Source of the DNA: Candidatus Heimdallarchaeota archaeon
Lineage (GTDB): Archaea > Asgardarchaeota > Heimdallarchaeia > Heimdallarchaeales > Heimdallarchaeaceae
Length of the DNA: 15,811 nt
Assembly: GCA_030668825.1 (NCBI GenBank)
Contig: DAOVET010000057.1
Location: forward strand, 1-15,811
Direction of reading: 5' to 3'
The notes beneath the pieces were generated by a model. The model worked only from the letters and a program-made list of their open reading frames with translations, did no database searches and had not been told where the DNA came from. Position numbers and translations under genes: made by a program. Below, piece after piece: positions 15,463 through 15,811 of this stretch. How positions within the stretch are numbered: the first letter of the stretch is position 1; the number at the start of each line of letters is the position of its first letter.

Positions 15463-15659
15463 GTAGACTTTTCACTTCTTATTCTTTTATTCCAGAAACT
15501 ATGGATACTTTGTTCTAGAGAATTTTCCTTACAAAATACTTTAATTCAAAAGTAGTTATAAAGAAGGATCAAGAAAGTTAAAAAACAATATTCTAGATGA
15601 ATTGACGGAACAGCTTAAAGATGAAAAATATAGAAATAAGATAAGAAACAATTCAATGG

Positions 15660-15701
15660 AAAAAAATATAAGAAGTAGCTAAATCTTTTTAGCTATTTCT
15701 T
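15660..15701 (-). terminator. Hairpin plus T-tract overlapping the stop of the last ORF
   Basis: AAGAAGTAGCTAAA-TCTT-TTTAGCTATTTCTT (14-bp stem, one non-Watson-Crick position) followed on the minus strand by a 7-T run at 15666-15660. Confidence 0.5.
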
Positions 15702-15810
15702 TCAGTGTTAACAGCATCTCTTTTAACAATTCTTCTTCATTTAGCATTGGAGCTGTTTCAGAGTCAGCAGTTACAGCTGCTTGTCCTCTCATTTTTGATA
15801 GTATGTTACG
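15679..15810 (-). CDS. 3' end of a gene entering from the right edge; possibly large-conductance mechanosensitive channel MscL C-terminus
   Basis: Manual translation gives RNILSKMRGQAAVTADSETAPMLNEEELLKEMLLTLKEIAKKI*. Basic patch, Ala/Pro linker and EEELLxE amphipathic helix resemble the MscL cytoplasmic bundle. Only 43 aa are visible and it is absent from the ORF track. Confidence 0.4.
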   Translation of the reverse strand, partial: RNILSKMRGQAAVTADSETAPMLNEEELLKEMLLTLKEIAKKI

Positions 15811-15811
15811 A

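Noticed and set aside
15501-15682. Possible gene remnant on the plus strand (open stretch 15545-15682, FKSSYKEGSRKLKNNILDELTEQLKDEKY...)
   Set aside because: About 45 codons, no upstream start, low complexity and no recognisable homology, so a pseudogene call cannot be supported.

Overview
A gene-dense, AT-rich prokaryotic window that is probably archaeal, most plausibly an Asgard lineage. That placement is inferred from BRE/TATA-type promoters, apparently leaderless starts, oligo-T terminators and two non-prenylated Rab-like small GTPases. Left part (1-4722): a 5'-truncated carbamate kinase converges on a minus-strand run of mocA, an FAD-less [2Fe-2S]+Moco xanthine dehydrogenase-family enzyme (selenium-dependent type) and a GNAT protein, resembling part of a bacterial anaerobic purine/urate degradation cluster. 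Right part (4909-15811): a SERCA-like P-IIA ATPase retaining the full two-site Ca2+ ligand set, a class-V PLP enzyme with no catalytic Cys, a tandem pair of Rab-like GTPases (one canonical, one with degenerate switch motifs), an Fsr-like MFS transporter, a K+-independent membrane H+-pyrophosphatase with an extra C-terminal helix, a membrane-anchored LVIVD-repeat protein and the 3' end of a possible MscL. The most intriguing hypothesis is that Ca2+-ATPase + H+-PPase + Rab-like GTPases mark an acidocalcisome-like ion-storage or membrane locus. These genes are not one operon, so that link is speculative. I saw no rRNA, tRNA, CRISPR array or mobile element.
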